64,000 nt of DNA from Octopus vulgaris (taxonomy: Eukaryota): positions 158,782,001 through 158,846,000 of the forward strand of contig OX597814.1 of the NCBI GenBank assembly GCA_951406725.2. The letters are read 5' to 3'. Below the pieces are notes generated by a model, which saw only the letters and a list, made by a program, of their open reading frames with translations, was not told the origin of the DNA and did no database searches. The position numbers were made by a program, and so were the translations under genes. Shown here one piece after another: positions 38,475 to 52,445 of the stretch. Position 1 is the first letter of the stretch; each line of letters opens with the position of its first letter.

Positions 38475-40251
38475 TGGTAAAGCTTCCACTCATTTACTTA
38501 TTTTATTCTCTGAAAAATTTTTCTTTGCATCTTGCAACCTTTTCAATAGTCATTGACTCTGTCCATTATGAGCTGCATTCTTTTTGTTTGTGCACATGTG
38601 TGTGGGTCAGTGTGTGTGCACATACACGTGTATGTATGTATGTATGTATGTATGTATGTATGTATGTATGTATGTATGGATGGATGGATGGATGCATGCA
38701 TGTAAGTGTGTGTATACATGTATGTATATGTGTGTGTGTGTGTGTGTATGTATATATGTCTATGTGTACTTTTGTATGTATGTATTCTGCATATTCATGT
38801 GTTTGTGTCTGTGTGTTCATGTTTGTGTGTATTTATGTGTGTGTGTACCTGTATTCTTGTGTGTGCATGTCTGAGTGTGTGTGTATATGGTCATGTATTT
38901 CATATGTTGCATATGTGTGTATGTATGTTTGCTTGTCTGTTCATATTACCTATGTACTTGCCCTCTGTATGTCTATCTGTTTACATTCACATTCATTTGC
39001 CTACATACGTGTACATATACATATGCGTATACATACACACACACATACATGCACACACACACACGCACACACACACATACATGCATACATCTACTTAACA
39101 GCCCACTAGCTATTCTACCTATATCTAAATATAAACTGTGGTATGGGGCTATGATTACCTACTACATATATTTCCTATTTAGTACTGGGGATGTTTCATT
39201 TATGAGGATGTACGCCTGTATTTGTCTGATGCTTGGGTCCTTTGGGTGCTTGGATAAAATACGGAGGTCAAGTTGACACAAGTTGCCTTCATGTTGGTCC
39301 TTGACATGTTGGTAGAGTATGGAGGACTGTTTTTGTCATCATATTGTCTCAAATGTTCATTTAGTCTTTCTGCTATGCTCCTAGATGTCCCCCCTATGCA
39401 TGTCATGTTCATGTCTTTGCAAGCACCTTCTATGCATCTTATGCTGTAAACTACATTTCTAATTCTACAGTTAATGCCGGGGTTAATCCTTCATACCATG
39501 CAGTTATCATTGGTGCATATGGTATTCTCAAAGGGATACATCCTACATAGTTCTGATCTGATGGAGTTCCCTGGCTTTTCAATAATTTTAATGTTGAGTT
39601 TGGTCTCCTTCAGACCTTTCCTAAATCTACAGGCTAGATCTCCATGGAGTGTGGCATCTACAAACATCTTTGATATTTGTCAGTTTTATACCACGTGTTC
39701 ACCCTATATGCAAATGAAAACTGAAACACATGACAATATACACACACTCTTCGCTTCACACAAGAACACATATGGAGACACACATCCACACATACGGAGA
39801 TACACATCCGTACATACAGGCACAATACATAGTCACAAAAACCAATACACACACACACACACAGACAGGCACACACAAGGTGACAGAGGTACACACACAC
39901 ACATACACATGCAAACACACACACACATAAAAACACACAAACACAAACACATGAATATGCAGAATACATACATACAAACGTACACACATGCATACATATA
40001 TACATACACACCCACACACGTACATACATGCATACACACACATGCATACATACATACATACATACATACATACATACATACATACATACATACATACATG
40101 TGTACATGCACATACTGACCCACACACATGCACACAAACAAACAAAAAGAACACAGCTAGGATAATGGACAGAGTTAACAACTATTGAAAAGGTTGCAAG
40201 ACACAGTGAAAATTTTAGGAAAAATAAATAAATAAGTGGAAACTTTACTGG
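38475..40251. repeat. Long inverted repeat pair (38475-38913 and 39706-40251) enclosing a PLE fragment
   Basis: Unique anchors CTTGCAACCTTTTCAATAGT..ACTCTGTCCATTAT, TGTGTGTGGGTCAG and GTATTCTGCATATTCATGTGTTTGTG recur in reverse complement; roughly 80% identity. Confidence 0.88.
39165..39650 (-). pseudogene. Penelope-like element Cys-rich linker plus GIY-YIG endonuclease (second PLE family)
   Basis: LNIKIIEKPGNSIRSELCRMYPF..ICTNDNCMV*..GINCRIRNVVYSIRCIEGACKDMNMTCIGGTSRSIAERLNEHLR, then a frameshift into HVKDQH..ILSKHPKDPSIRQIQA.ILINETSPVLNRK. Confidence 0.88.
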
Positions 40252-40321
40252 TAGAATGACTCTCCCCAGACACAACAAAATATGTTTCAATGCATGAACT
40301 CACATAAAGAATCTTGCAAAC

Positions 40322-40357
<36 letters not shown>

Positions 40358-41482
40358 CATATATTTACACACACATATATATATTGTGTAGCTTCATAGC
40401 ACACTACAACTACCAAAAGGTATTGTAATAAGCAAAATGGAGATGAAAAAACAATGTACCTTTTAACAAGTCACCCGACAAGACACATCTGTAACTATGA
40501 TGCACCACAACTGCTTGAACAGCATCTCAGCCATGAGGTACCGGTATAAGATGGGTTGAAACAATCATAATGAATAATAAGGAGTCTCATGAATTCCATT
40601 TCTCTCATATTTTAATAAGCTCTATGGACGCAAAAGAATTCCTGAAATAAATCCAGTCGCATATACCTCAACACTGTTGATGACACCAGGTAACCAAATA
40701 CTGAGAATGGGCTTTAAACAGCACACTTCAAGGTGTATCCCCAAATATAAAATTATACTTATATATATATGTATTTCAGTTAGGCATTGTAATACTAATA
40801 ACTCAAACACATATCTAGGTGAGCAGTGTGTTCCATTTTCAGCTTGGTTTCTGTGGCTGGACATCCATGCTTAACTACCTGCTGGTTTCTATTTTTGTGG
40901 CACCAGCACTAGACATATACTATACCTTCAACATGCTTAAAAGGGATTTGTGATACCATGTGTCTGCTCATTCACAAACTTCTTTATAGAGTGAGAAGCA
41001 TGAATGATAGATAAGTGAAAAGAGGGACACATTATAGGGGCTAAGTGAAAAGGTTACTCACATTCTGAGATATATACATTTAATTAAGATAACATAGCTA
41101 AAAGGTTAAAGCAATGATAGAAGGTAACATATCCTAAGAGATAAAGATAAAGAGATGACAGAGATCCAGGATGTGTGGAAGAAAAGGTGCAAGAATATGA
41201 TGGCAGAGACTGATGTGGGCAATGACAGGTATTATAAGGGAAATACTGGTACAGGGTACAATTAGTTCAATGCTGCCTTTTATAGATAGAATTCTATATA
41301 GATCAGAAAGCTGAGTGACAAGAGAGTCAAGAAATGTGGGTAATAGTAGAGGGACTAGAAAATAGGTAGGTGCTGAATTAATGAGTGACAAGGATGACAA
41401 AAAAGTGTGAGATACAGAGATGAGAGGATAACAAAGTAACAAGATATTGAAGAGACCATAATAAAAGACTTTGTAGTATATA

Positions 41483-42793
41483 TGAGGGGGTACCGAAAAG
41501 AAACTGGAATTCTGCAATATTATTTTATTCACTTGGTTTTACATGTTTACACTTTTATTACCTTCAAAGTATTCTCCATTTGAAGCAATGCATCGGTCCA
41601 GAGGCATTTTCCACAATTTGAAGTAACCCTATAACTCTTGCAAAGTGAGGACTCTTAATACCTCCATCATTTTCCTTCACTTTTTCACATCTGCAAAACA
41701 TTTTCCTATAAGGATTTTTTTCATGTGGAGGAACAGAAAAAAATCACAGGGAGCAAGATCAGGCGAGTATGGAGGGTGGGTAAATGAGGTCATGCCATTT
41801 TTTACAAAATCTATCTCACATTCAAGGTAATGTGCACAGGCACATTGTCACAATGAAACTACTACTCTACACTTTGTCACAGGTTGAGGTGTTGTCGTCA
41901 CTGCATCTTGCAAACACTTCAGAACTGCCAAGTAAAATGTCAGGTTAGCATTTTGACCAGGAGGGACAAATTCTGTGTGGGCAATTCCTTTTGCATCAAT
42001 GAAACAAATCAGCTTCATCTTGACGTTGGACTTCACTTGATGCACTCTTTTGGGGCATGGTGACAATGAATGCTTCCATTCACTTGACTGCTGCTTCATT
42101 TCCAGGTCATAGTCATAGCACTGACTTTCATCACCAGTTGTGACCTTTGGAAAAAAGTTTGGATCAGCTTCCACCTGTTCTTTCAGCTCATGACACACAT
42201 TCAGTCGTGATGACTTTTGATCTTCTGGAGCAAATGAGGTACAAATTTTGCTGCAACTCTTTTTATTCGCAATTCTCACTCAAAATTCGTTGTTAGGAGC
42301 TCCAGGATACACCAGTCATATCAACAAGGTCGTCAACTGTTCAGTGACAGCCCTCCAAGATCAGTTCATGAATTTTTGTGATGCTTTCATCCATTCAGGT
42401 CAACAGTCACCCTAAATGAGATTCGTCCTCAAGTGACAAGTGATTATTCCTAAAGCATGAAACCCACTCATAAACTTGTGTTTTGCTCATGGCAGTGTGC
42501 TTGTAAGCTGTCTAAAGCATGACAACTGTTTTGGCCATCGTTTTGCCCAGCAGAAAACAGAATTTCATGGAAGCACTTTGTTCCTTTGTTTCAGTCATTG
42601 CAAAAATCGATGAACAGGAAAGAAGCACTGCAAAACAAAGACACATCATGTAACAGTATGACTTCACTCGATGCTGCCATTTGGCAGACTAATGCTTGAA
42701 GATTGCATGAAGTGCTTTCTAGTGGTGGAAGCCTGAACTACAATGGGCTTGTCCCACAGAGAACATTTCTGGTTACTTTTGGGTACCACCTCA
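41483..42793 (-). mobile_element. Full-length decayed mariner (DD34D type), ~1.3 kb
   Basis: ~30 bp TIRs TGAGGGGGTACCGAAAAG / CTTTTGGGTACCACCTCA with TA flanks; VTTGDESQCYDYD..KQQSSEWK, EFVPPGQ, HPPYSPDLAPCDFFLF; frameshifts and a deletion. Confidence 0.92.
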
Positions 42794-42859
42794 TATATCT
42801 CAGCCGACATCACAACCAACTTTCTTTCTGCCTTCTTGCTGGTTGGGTTGGCAGTGGTC

Positions 42860-44110
42860 AAATCTTCTACATTACTATGATTCATCAATCAACATGTTCC
42901 CTTTTTGTCTCCTATATCAGATGTAACATATGATCAGTTTTCACCAATTCGTTGTTTTTCTCTTTCACATGTACCATTTACTTTAAGTCTTTGGTACTTC
43001 TTTATGCAACCAAATTCTCCATATGCATTACAAATCCATGTCATCACAGCTTCCTCTTTTGCACGCTTCAGTTGATTACTTTTTTATTCTTTAGTTTTAC
43101 TCACAGCTCTTTAATGCTCAATAATTCATGTACACTAACATTATACATCCAGCTAAACATACCTGTTTCATTACATTGTAGTCTCTGCAAATCCTCAGTG
43201 TTCAAGGTCCATGCAGCATTGCCCTTAGAACATGTGCATCATAATGTCTGCCTTTCACCCTTAGGTTCCTCTAATTTATTTTTTTGCTGTTTTTACTCTG
43301 ACAATTATATTCTTTGAACAATCACTCCAAATGCTAATTAGAGTATCTAGGCAGTAGGAGCTATTTTTAATGAGTATCTCTTCCCAATGGATGTTTTGAG
43401 CTTATTGTTCCCATATATAAAATGTACCTTCTCTGTTAGCCTGCATGCAATCTCACCGCACATTTTGTGTTTCTGTAGTTTACATAGAGTATATCAGACA
43501 GAACTCCTACCTACTCCTTTCCTGCATTCTGAACATGGCCATTTTCCTGATGTTAACAGGGACCTGTGTCCTCAGCTTCATCTTAATACATTAGTTTCAG
43601 CTAAGTTAACTTTGTGGTCATTCAATTCCAGGTTTTACTTCACATTTTGAATTTTCTCACTAGAACTTCCACTTTTCCAGTATATGAACAAGCCCATCAA
43701 CATAGGGGAACTTCCATATACTGCTGGTCTGGAACTCATCTGTCATAGCTTGTATGACAACGATAATCAGATGCCAGTCATCTATACCTAATCTCCTCTG
43801 TGCTTACCAGCTCAAAGTGTTGGGAACCTCGTTGAAGTCCTTCTCTAGGTCAACGAATGCTAGGTATAGTGGTTTACTCCTCACTTAGTATTTCTTTTAC
43901 AGTTGCCCGAGTAAGAATATGGTATCAGTAGTAATTCTTGCAGGCACAAAGCTGGGCTGTATTTCACCTAAATTTCTTCTCATCCTAGTTACTGACTTTT
44001 TCTGTAACTTTCATAAATTGGTCTACCAATTTGATACTTCTGTAATTACCTCCCTCTAAACTTTGTTGCAATTGACACTGATGCTGCTATGCTAGTCATT
44101 TGATACAGTA
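42860..44110 (-). pseudogene. Old RTE LINE RT fragment
   Basis: Minus strand NYRSIKLVDQFMKVTEK, TDTIFLLGQL, KPLYLAFVDLEKDF, and the WPCSECRKGVG linker also seen in the 47760-47850 RTE. Confidence 0.75.
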
Positions 44111-45489
44111 TTAGATACTGTCTCTCTCTTTCTCTCTCTCTCTCCCCCTTCTCTGCAAATACTGTCTTTCCCATTATAACTTCTTCATCCATCACTCCTT
44201 TTGGAACTGTTTCTCACTAAAAACTGGCACTCCATCAGTAATGACAGGTATTCCAGTTGATCTGATTGACAGAACAGCCTGCTTGTGAAATTAATGTGCA
44301 AGTGGCAGAGCACTCCACAGACACTCATACCTTTAACAGGGAAATTTAGCATGACATAGAATGTGACAAGACTGGCCCTTTAAATTATTGGTGCAACTCA
44401 TTTTTGCCAGCTGAGTGAACTGGAACAACATGAAATAAATGTCTTACTCAAGAACAAAGTATGCCACTAGGAATCAAATTCACGACTTGACAACCATGAG
44501 CTAAATATTCTAACTACTAAGCCACACACCTTCACAGTCTTTTATTATTCTCCCTCTTTCCACACTCCCACTCTATCACTAGAATAGATTTGGTAGAGGG
44601 GAAATTGATGGAAGTCCACAGTGTATGTATGTATGTATGTATGTATGTATGTATGTATGTATGTATGTGTGTATGTTTGCCTGCATGTATTTATGTGTGT
44701 GCACATTTGTGTGTTTTTGTGGTTTGTCCCCCACTTGACAACTGAGTCTTTTTCATTATGTCCCTATATTTTGATTATGTCCCTATAACTCCATGTTCAA
44801 TTCAATTTTCTCTCACTTTAACGCTCATTATAACTGTTATTATTGTTATTCATTCATTTATTTATCTTTGTCACAAAGTTTGGCTTACTTTAAACTGTAT
44901 GTTATAGTATTTGATAAAGTTAAAGTTAAGAATGCAAATGTTCAGTTCTGTTTCACTCTTTAGTGCTCTTTATAATTACTATTGTTATTCATTTAGCAGT
45001 ATGTTATAGCAAAGTGAAGAAATCCAATTGTTCAATTCTGTTTACTCTTCTTCTATATCTCGAAAATTCCATCTCTTCGTGTTTTTGTTTTCAACCATCC
45101 CTAATTCTGGAAAACTTCACCACTCACCCTCTCTCTCTCTCTCAGTTTCATTAACCACTTGCCTTTCCCATATTGATTGTTAATTAGTAACTCACTTTAT
45201 CTGTGGCTATGCCACATCAGTTTCTGCTAGGGAATAGGGCAGCCACAGTGCTTTGCCATTTGCAGTGCACCTCCTATCCCACCCCCACCACCTATACCGG
45301 AAGTCTTTATCCTCTGACCTCTACCAGAAGTCTTTTTCCTCAGCACCCCTAACAACTTACTATACAGAACGCTTTCTCCCCCTACCTTACCCTTCCATCC
45401 CTACCTAGTGTCTCTCTCCTGATGAATATAATGATTATGTAGCAAATAATGCAGGTTGAAGCCTATTTGTATGTTTACGAGATCTGCCA

Positions 45490-48400
45490 AATGCAAGGTT
45501 TCTTTTCAGATGCATAATGCTGCAGTTCCCCATCCCAGGGTCTCACCGGCCCACACCTTCCACATCCTCAGAGTTGGCAGACTTAATGTTGGCACATTGA
45601 AAAGTAGATCTGGTGAGATTGTTGAGATGCTTAAACAGAGACATATAGATCTGTGCTGCATCCAAGAAATAAGGTGGAGAAGAAGATCTAGGTTCCTTAC
45701 AGGCAAAGAACATAGGTATAAGATTTTCTGGGTAGAGAACGTTAATGGGGTTGGGGGTGTGGGTATACTCCTTGTGGAGAAATGGTTTGATAAGGTAATC
45801 AAGGTAGTCAGAGTCTGTGATAGAATATGTAAGCTTAGACTAGTGCTGCAACATGGATTAGCAACCATTATCTCAAGCTATGCCCCTCAGCCAAGGCTGT
45901 CTGATGAACAGAAAGACCAATTTTATGACACCCTCTTGCAGACTACTTCATCAACAAATGACAGGTACCTTCTCTTTGTTGCTGGTGACTTCAACTGACA
46001 TGTTGGACAACATCCAGGGAGCTTCTATGGTGTACATGGTGGCAATGGATTTGGTTTCTGCAATGAGGAGGGAACCAGGCAGCTGGGGTTCTGTGATCCA
46101 AATGATCTTATGATCTGTAATACTAACTTCTAGAAACCTACCAGTATAGTGGGCACACTAGTCAGATTGACTACATTCTTGCCAGGAAACAGGAAAGAAA
46201 GCAACTTATAAATGCCCAAACTTTCCCAAATGAGGAATGCTCCCCACAACATAAGTTAACAGTTAACGACTTCAGGATCAGGGTTAACTGGCTGCCTGGA
46301 AGACGACCAGCATGGTAAAGAAGGATCTGGAAGCTTAAGGATCCTCTGAATCAACAGAGATTTAGAGACGTGTTACTTGAAGCTTTTGACGAAAAAGAGG
46401 AAGATATAGCATCACATGATGTAGAGGACAACTGGAGGTTCCTACAGGACAAACTGTTGAGGGATACTGACCAGATCTGTGGATAGTGCAAAGTCCCCTT
46501 TCGACCTAAGGTAATGTGGTGGTGGAAAAATGTAGTTGATAGAGTCATTAGGGAAAAGAAACAGGCATGGGAGTGTAGTGGTAGCAGGGGGCTGTAACAG
46601 ATTGCAAGAAGGGAAACTATGAGAGAGGTGTACTTAACCAGAAGGGAAGCAGTTAAGAAAAATTTGCTAATGTTCTGCATCATGAAGACCAGAGATTTGA
46701 AGGGTTTCATATTGCAAGATATTGTGTGAGAGAGAATTGTGATGTCATAGGAAGGAAATGTGTCCGCATGGATAATGCCTCACTTGCATTTAATGATGCT
46801 GCAAAGAGAGAGACTTGGAGATGCCACTATGAAAGGTTGCTAAATGAAGAGAATGAATGAGAGAAAGAGAGCCTGCAAAATATCAACCCAACAGAGGGAC
46901 CAGCTATTCGAATTGACAGTACCTTGGTAGATAAAGCAATTAAGGGTATGAAGACAGGGAAAGCCTCTGGCCCATCAGGAATCACTGCTGAGATACTTAA
47001 AATATCTGGTAGTGTAGACTAGTCTGGTGGTATAGTCTAGTCACCCATATAGTCAACCAGGTGATGCATGAAGGAGTCATACCCAATGACTGGTGTAGCA
47101 GCACCATAGTCAACTGCTACAAAAGGTAAAGATGATGCATTAGATGGGAATAATTAAAGAGGTATCAAATTGTTGGATCAGGTGATGAAAGTCAGGGCGA
47201 GAGTCACAGCCCAATTAATAAGAGAGAGAGTTAGTTTAGATGAGATGCAGTTTGGATTTGTGCCAAGAAGAAGCACCACCAATGCTATATTTCTGGTAAG
47301 ACAGCTGCAGGAGAAATTCCTAACCAAAGATAAACCTCTGTACTTAGCTTTCACTGACATGGAGAAAGCTTTGGACAAGGTCCCCCACTCCCTTATCTGG
47401 TGGTCAATGTGGAAACTAGGGATAGATGAGTGGTTGGTTAGAGCTGTACAAGCCATGTACAGGGATGCTGTCAGTAAGGTGAGGGTTGGCAATGAGTATA
47501 GTGAAGAATTCCAGGTAGATGTAGGGATTCATCAAGGATCAGTCCTCAGCACCCTCTTATTCACCATAGTCCTCCAGGCAATAACAGAGGAATTCAAGAC
47601 AGGCTGTCCCTGGGAGCTCCTCTATGCTAATGACTTTGTTCTAATAGCTGAGTCACTACCAGAACTAGAGAAGAAGTTTCAGGTGTGGAAGCAAGGTCTA
47701 GAATTGAAAGGCCTTAGAATCAATCTCACAAAAAGCTAAGTTTCAGTTAGTAGGAAGACAGACAAATCACAAATCCTTTCAGATAGATGGCCTTGCTCAA
47801 TCTGTAGAAAAGGAGTAGGTAGAAACTCCATAAGATGTACCCTCTGCAAGCTAGGGATACATAAGAGGTACAACGATATCAAAGGAAGGTTAACTAGGAA
47901 GATAATTTTGCTGTGTGACAGACGCACAGATGCAATAAACACCGAAGATGTACAGAAAACAGATTTCATCAAATGCTAGGGAGAAAAACTAGAAATAGTT
48001 GATATTTCCATTACTTAGGTGACCGAGTCAGTAGCAGGGATGGATGCTCTGAGAGCATAGCTGCATTAAGAAGTGTCATACCCTAACAGTGAAGGGAACC
48101 TATGGTAGAAGTAGATTCAGGAAGACATGGAATGAGGTAGTGAAGCCAAATGAGGCCGTAGCCATGGCTGACGTCAGTGTTGCATAACTGGCTCATTTAA
48201 AAGTACCCCTCAATCGTTGGCAATATGCTATTCTTGAGAAGACCCAATGCCAGTTCCACCTGACTGGCACTCGTGCCAGTGGCACATAAGAAGCACCATT
48301 TGAGCGTGACGGATACTAGTGCCAGCGGCACATAAAATGCTCCATTCAAGCATGGTCAATGCAAGTGCTGCCTGACTGGCCCCTATGCCGGTGCTATGTA

Positions 48401-48560
48401 AAAAGCACCCACTACACACTCAGAGTGGTTAGCGTTAAGAAGGGCATCCAGCTGTAGAAACTTTGCCAGGTTAGATTGGAGCCTAGTGCTGCCTCCTGGT
48501 TGGCCAGTCCTCAGTCAAACCGTCCAACCCATACCAGCAACGAAAGCGGATGATGATGAT
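45490..48560 (+). mobile_element. Near-full-length RTE-clade LINE (APE + RT + 3' tail), pseudogenised
   Basis: RVGRLNVGTL...DLCCIQEIRW, YAPQ, VAGDFN, SQIDYIL, PQHKL, EMQFGFVPRRSTTNAIF, GIHQGSVLS, LLYAND; multiple stops and frameshifts; deletion near 48070; (GAT)n tail. Confidence 0.95.
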
Positions 48561-48686
48561 AAACCTAGCAGTTCAGCAAAACAGACTTAGAATAAGTACT
48601 AGGATCAATTTGTACAACTAAAAACCTTAAAGCAATGCACCAGATTGGCTGCAGTTCAATGACTGAAACAAGTAACAGATAGAAAG

Positions 48687-48751
<65 letters not shown>

Positions 48752-49009
48752 GGTGACGGAGAGAGAGAGAGAGAGAGTGAGAGAGTGTGTGTGTGTATGT
48801 GTGTGTGTGTATGTGTGTGTGTATGTGTCTACACGTCTATTTTTGTAGAAATCTGCGTAAATGCTGTATTAAAGGGAGGTAACTCGGAGTTCAGTCCCTT
48901 GTGTAACACCTTGGGCAGGTGTTTTCTCTTATAGCCCCTAAGGTTTTTTTAGTAGTTTCGTTAAGAAGCTAATTATGAGTATGTTTGTCTATATGCGTAT
49001 GAGTTTTCC

Positions 49010-49480
49010 AGAGAGCCAATGTGGTAATGAATGGTTTCCCTCAGCTGCTCGCTTATGATGTGGTCCAAGAGCAAGATGTTTAACATTTGTGGTAGCAGTT
49101 CATTTCCAGTGCCAGTAAATTTTTCTATTTGTCTTCAGTGAGAGTCTACCTTTCATGTATAGAGGTTGGAGGAACGTACCCAAGCCTGCAGCAATCTGAT
49201 CTCCTTCTTCTTATCGATGCTTCTATCTCCCCATATTGGTTTCAGTTTGATTAATGCAGACATTACCTATGCAGTTCTTATTTGGGCTATCTCTAGCTCT
49301 GTCATTGCACAGAAAGTTTTGTTGTGATGACACTTTTGACATATTTCATAAGTTTACTTTTGGGGCCTTGATTTCCATTCCAAACTTGATGGAAGTTCTG
49401 TTAAGAAGGCTGCTAAGATGGCCAATTCATTCTTCATTTTCACCTGTCCATTCTTATCAGCAATTTTAGGTTTGCAATGT
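49010..49480 (-). pseudogene. Fragment of a different RTE-like LINE (post-RT region)
   Basis: LNRTSIKFGMEIKAPKSKLM...KLKPIWGDRSIDKKKEIRLLQA...LLALEMNCY. Confidence 0.65.
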
Positions 49481-49489
49481 TCTTCTCAA

Positions 49490-50083
49490 TTAAAAAGGAA
49501 AAAGCCCAACCACAACCGAGAAGGGAACTTCATGGGAAAAAGGTTCTTCTCTCTATCTGGTGGGATTGCAAAGGAGTAATTCACTTTGAATTGTTACCAC
49601 CTAATGCAACAATCAATGCTCAAGTCTACTGTCAGTAGTTGGAGCGCTTGAAGCAACCTTTGAAGGAAAAAAGATCACCTTAGTGAATCGAAAAAGAGTG
49701 ATGTTTCATCAGGACAACGTGCGACTCCACACTGCAAAGATCACATAACAGAAGATCAAAGAGCTTGGTTGGGAAAAAATTTCCCATCCACCTTATTCTT
49801 CTGACCTTGCTCCTTCAGATTATCATTTGTTTTGTAGTTTACAGAATCATTTGGGGGTCATAACTTTCGCAAGCCAGGAGGAATTCTAAACTGACATTTC
49901 AGAGCTCTTCGCTTTGAAACCAAAAGAGTTTTACATTGATGGGATTAAAAAACTTGTAAATAGATGGAAGGAAGTCATAGATAATCAGGGAAAGTACATT
50001 GATGATTAAATTTCAATTAAATATGACATTTGATCACTTGTTTTCTTTATTCAAAATTCAGACAGAACTTATGGGATGACCTG
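49490..50083 (+). mobile_element. 3' half of a mariner (DD34D) with right TIR
   Basis: ELHGKKVLLSIWWDCKGVIHFELLP, FHQDNVRLH, HPPYSSDLAPSDYHLF, RWKEVIDNQGKYIDD*; end CAGAACTTATGGGATGACCTGA|TA. Confidence 0.9.
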
Positions 50084-50112
50084 ATACATATGTGTGTATA
50101 TATAGATAGCTA

Positions 50113-50163
<51 letters not shown>

Positions 50164-50488
50164 GCGTGTGTGTGTGTGCGTGTGTGTATAAAATTTAGGA
50201 CTCAAATGAATTATGTCCTTAAGAAGTAAAGCACAAAGGTCAGGTAAGTGAAATCACAATATTTTGGGAACAAATATGTACTTATTAAAGTAAACTTTGA
50301 TTTATATACCAGTTTTATGTGCAATTGCAAACAGATGACTGAATATACCACAAGTCTCAAGGCTGCACTTGGGAACAAACATGGCACCAACTGTACTGCA
50401 CTCAATAGATTCCAGATCCATGTGAAATGCAGGTTGCAAGTAAGTCAAATAATAACAAATAACAACATTTGGATTATCGTTCACTTGC

Positions 50489-50565
50489 TACAGCTGTTTC
50501 AGATGTGTTTTTTATCAATGAATAGAGTTATTATATCATGCAAAAGAAAAAAATGTTTTCATCAG
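50489..50565 (-). ncRNA. Degenerate hammerhead motif with the same stem III as the 3268-3317 motif
   Basis: CTGATGA-AAACAT...ACATCT-GAAAC-AGCT-GTA; core boxes intact, stems I and II decayed (stem II is explicable as an ancestral AGACGT/ACGTCT). Confidence 0.55.
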
Positions 50566-50656
50566 GGGAATATAAGCATGAATTAAACATTTCAAACATC
50601 TTAAATTTCAAAGCAAGTGTTGTTTCTTGGCTCTCAAGCCAAAATTTTGGTCAAAG

Positions 50657-51278
50657 ACCCATTGTTCATATAACATCTGTGCACTCCAATTGAGACTCAG
50701 CACATTACATTTTACTAACATACAGACCATGCTTTCTATTCACCTCTAAGACACAAATCTCTTAACCGTTATCTATAATCAATCTCTGCTGTCTATGCTA
50801 CAATTTGCACTCATATTTCACTCAAGAAAAAGGTGTTGTCTGTGAAAATCTGGATTCCACTCACTCAACATTCACTTCTTCCATCTGACTATCAGCAACA
50901 AAGACTTCCAGTTATTCAGGTTCAAAGTCTCTCATACATATTCTTCCAAACAGATTTATTTTCTCTACACTTCTTTTGAGCTCCTCCAACAGCTATCAAC
51001 TCTTTCCCCATGTTTTGCAACAATGACAACTGTTTCATTTTATTCATCCCATATGAAATCATTGTCCTTGGTGACATCAACACTCAAAATTCTTCTAGCT
51101 TTACACATTCATCCATTTCTGATGCTGCCATTCAGAAACCAAATTTTTCAGTCATTTACTACATATATCAACCAGTTTCATTACCTATTTGCATCCCTGA
51201 CTGATGCATAGTCACACCATACATCCATAATCTCTTTCTCATTTCCAAATCCAACATCTACCAGATCATCATCTTCTC
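50657..51278 (+). repeat. LINE endonuclease fragment, inverted copy of 55470-56129
   Basis: Starts ACCCATTGTTCATATAACATCTGTGCACTCC and is collinear (~85%) with the reverse complement of 55470-56129; encodes EIIVLGDINTQN. Confidence 0.88.
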
Positions 51279-51289
51279 TCAACCTCTGC

Positions 51290-52445
51290 CAGAAATTTGG
51301 AAATGACATGTTGTACTGCTTGGCATACACACCAGAACCTCTAATATAAACATTTCAGAGTGTTTGAGTGTCAATCTGAGGACAGTGCAGAGGATTTGGA
51401 AAGAGTTGGATGAGTATAATGGTGATTACAAAGGTACAGCAGCTCGGAAAATTCACCTCTGATTGTTCTGATAAGAAAAGAACTCTTGAATTTGCTGGTG
51501 AGATCTTGGCTATGATTGACAACGATCCTTCCAAATCAATCAGGCCCCTCACCAGGGACATAGGGTATCTGAGTTTCTTATCAGGCAGGTAATGCATGAA
51601 AACATTTGGTATTCCTCATACAAGATGAGAAAGGGCCAAATTTTGTCCCAAGCCATCAAGGACAAGAGGAAAGACCATGCTATGAAGCTTTTGAACAAAC
51701 TCAAGTGTCCCCTCCAACCGAACATGCTTTGGTTTTTCTTACACAAGAAAATTTTCTGCCAGGATCAGATGGTGAACACACAGAACAACTGTTGGCTTTC
51801 TGCGTCCCTAAAACATGTACAAAGAGTAATAAGAATCAAACATCTAGTCAACATCATGGTGTTTGGAATGATCACTAGTGATGGCAACATTATGCATCCA
51901 TTCATCTTCCAACACAGCCTCAGACTCAACATAGAGACCTACATAAAGTGACTGGAGGAGGTAGTGTTGCCCTGGGTCAAGAGGGTGGCTGCTGGAAGAC
52001 CTTATGTCTGGCAAAATAACTTTGCACCATGCCACACAAGCAGGAGAACCCAGTCATGGCTATCAAACAATTTCTGTGACCACATCACCCCTAACATCGG
52101 GCCACTTAACTCCCCAGATTGCAACCCCCTTGATTATAATGAGTGGGCTGCAGTTGTGCAAGAGACCAACAAAACACCTTGTAATGCCAAAGGTGAGCTG
52201 AAGGCAAGAATTATGGCAGCATTCACCAACTTAAAACAAGGAGACTGTCCAGAAGAGTTGCAGAAGATTCCAATGTCGTCTGTAAGCTGTGGTTGAAGCC
52301 AATGGCGATTTTATTGAATAAATTTACTCTTTAGTATTTCGAGATATTTTTATGTAATTCTGGTAAATTTATCTGTTAAAATGAGATGTTAGTGTTATTT
52401 CCATTTTTGCATGATTTAGATGACAGTTTATTAAACCACACCCAG
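51290..52445 (+). mobile_element. Decayed maT-family (DD37D) transposon, left end missing
   Basis: MVFGMITSDG, LEEVVLPWV, YVWQN(N)FAPCHTS, then 37 residues to D in NSPDCNPLDY; terminal VVEANGDFIE*. Confidence 0.82.

Noticed and set aside
45901-45915. Plus-strand CTGATGA boxes (also ~17072 and ~36060)
   Set aside because: They lie within transposon coding remnants and lack compatible stems and a GAAA/NUH arrangement.
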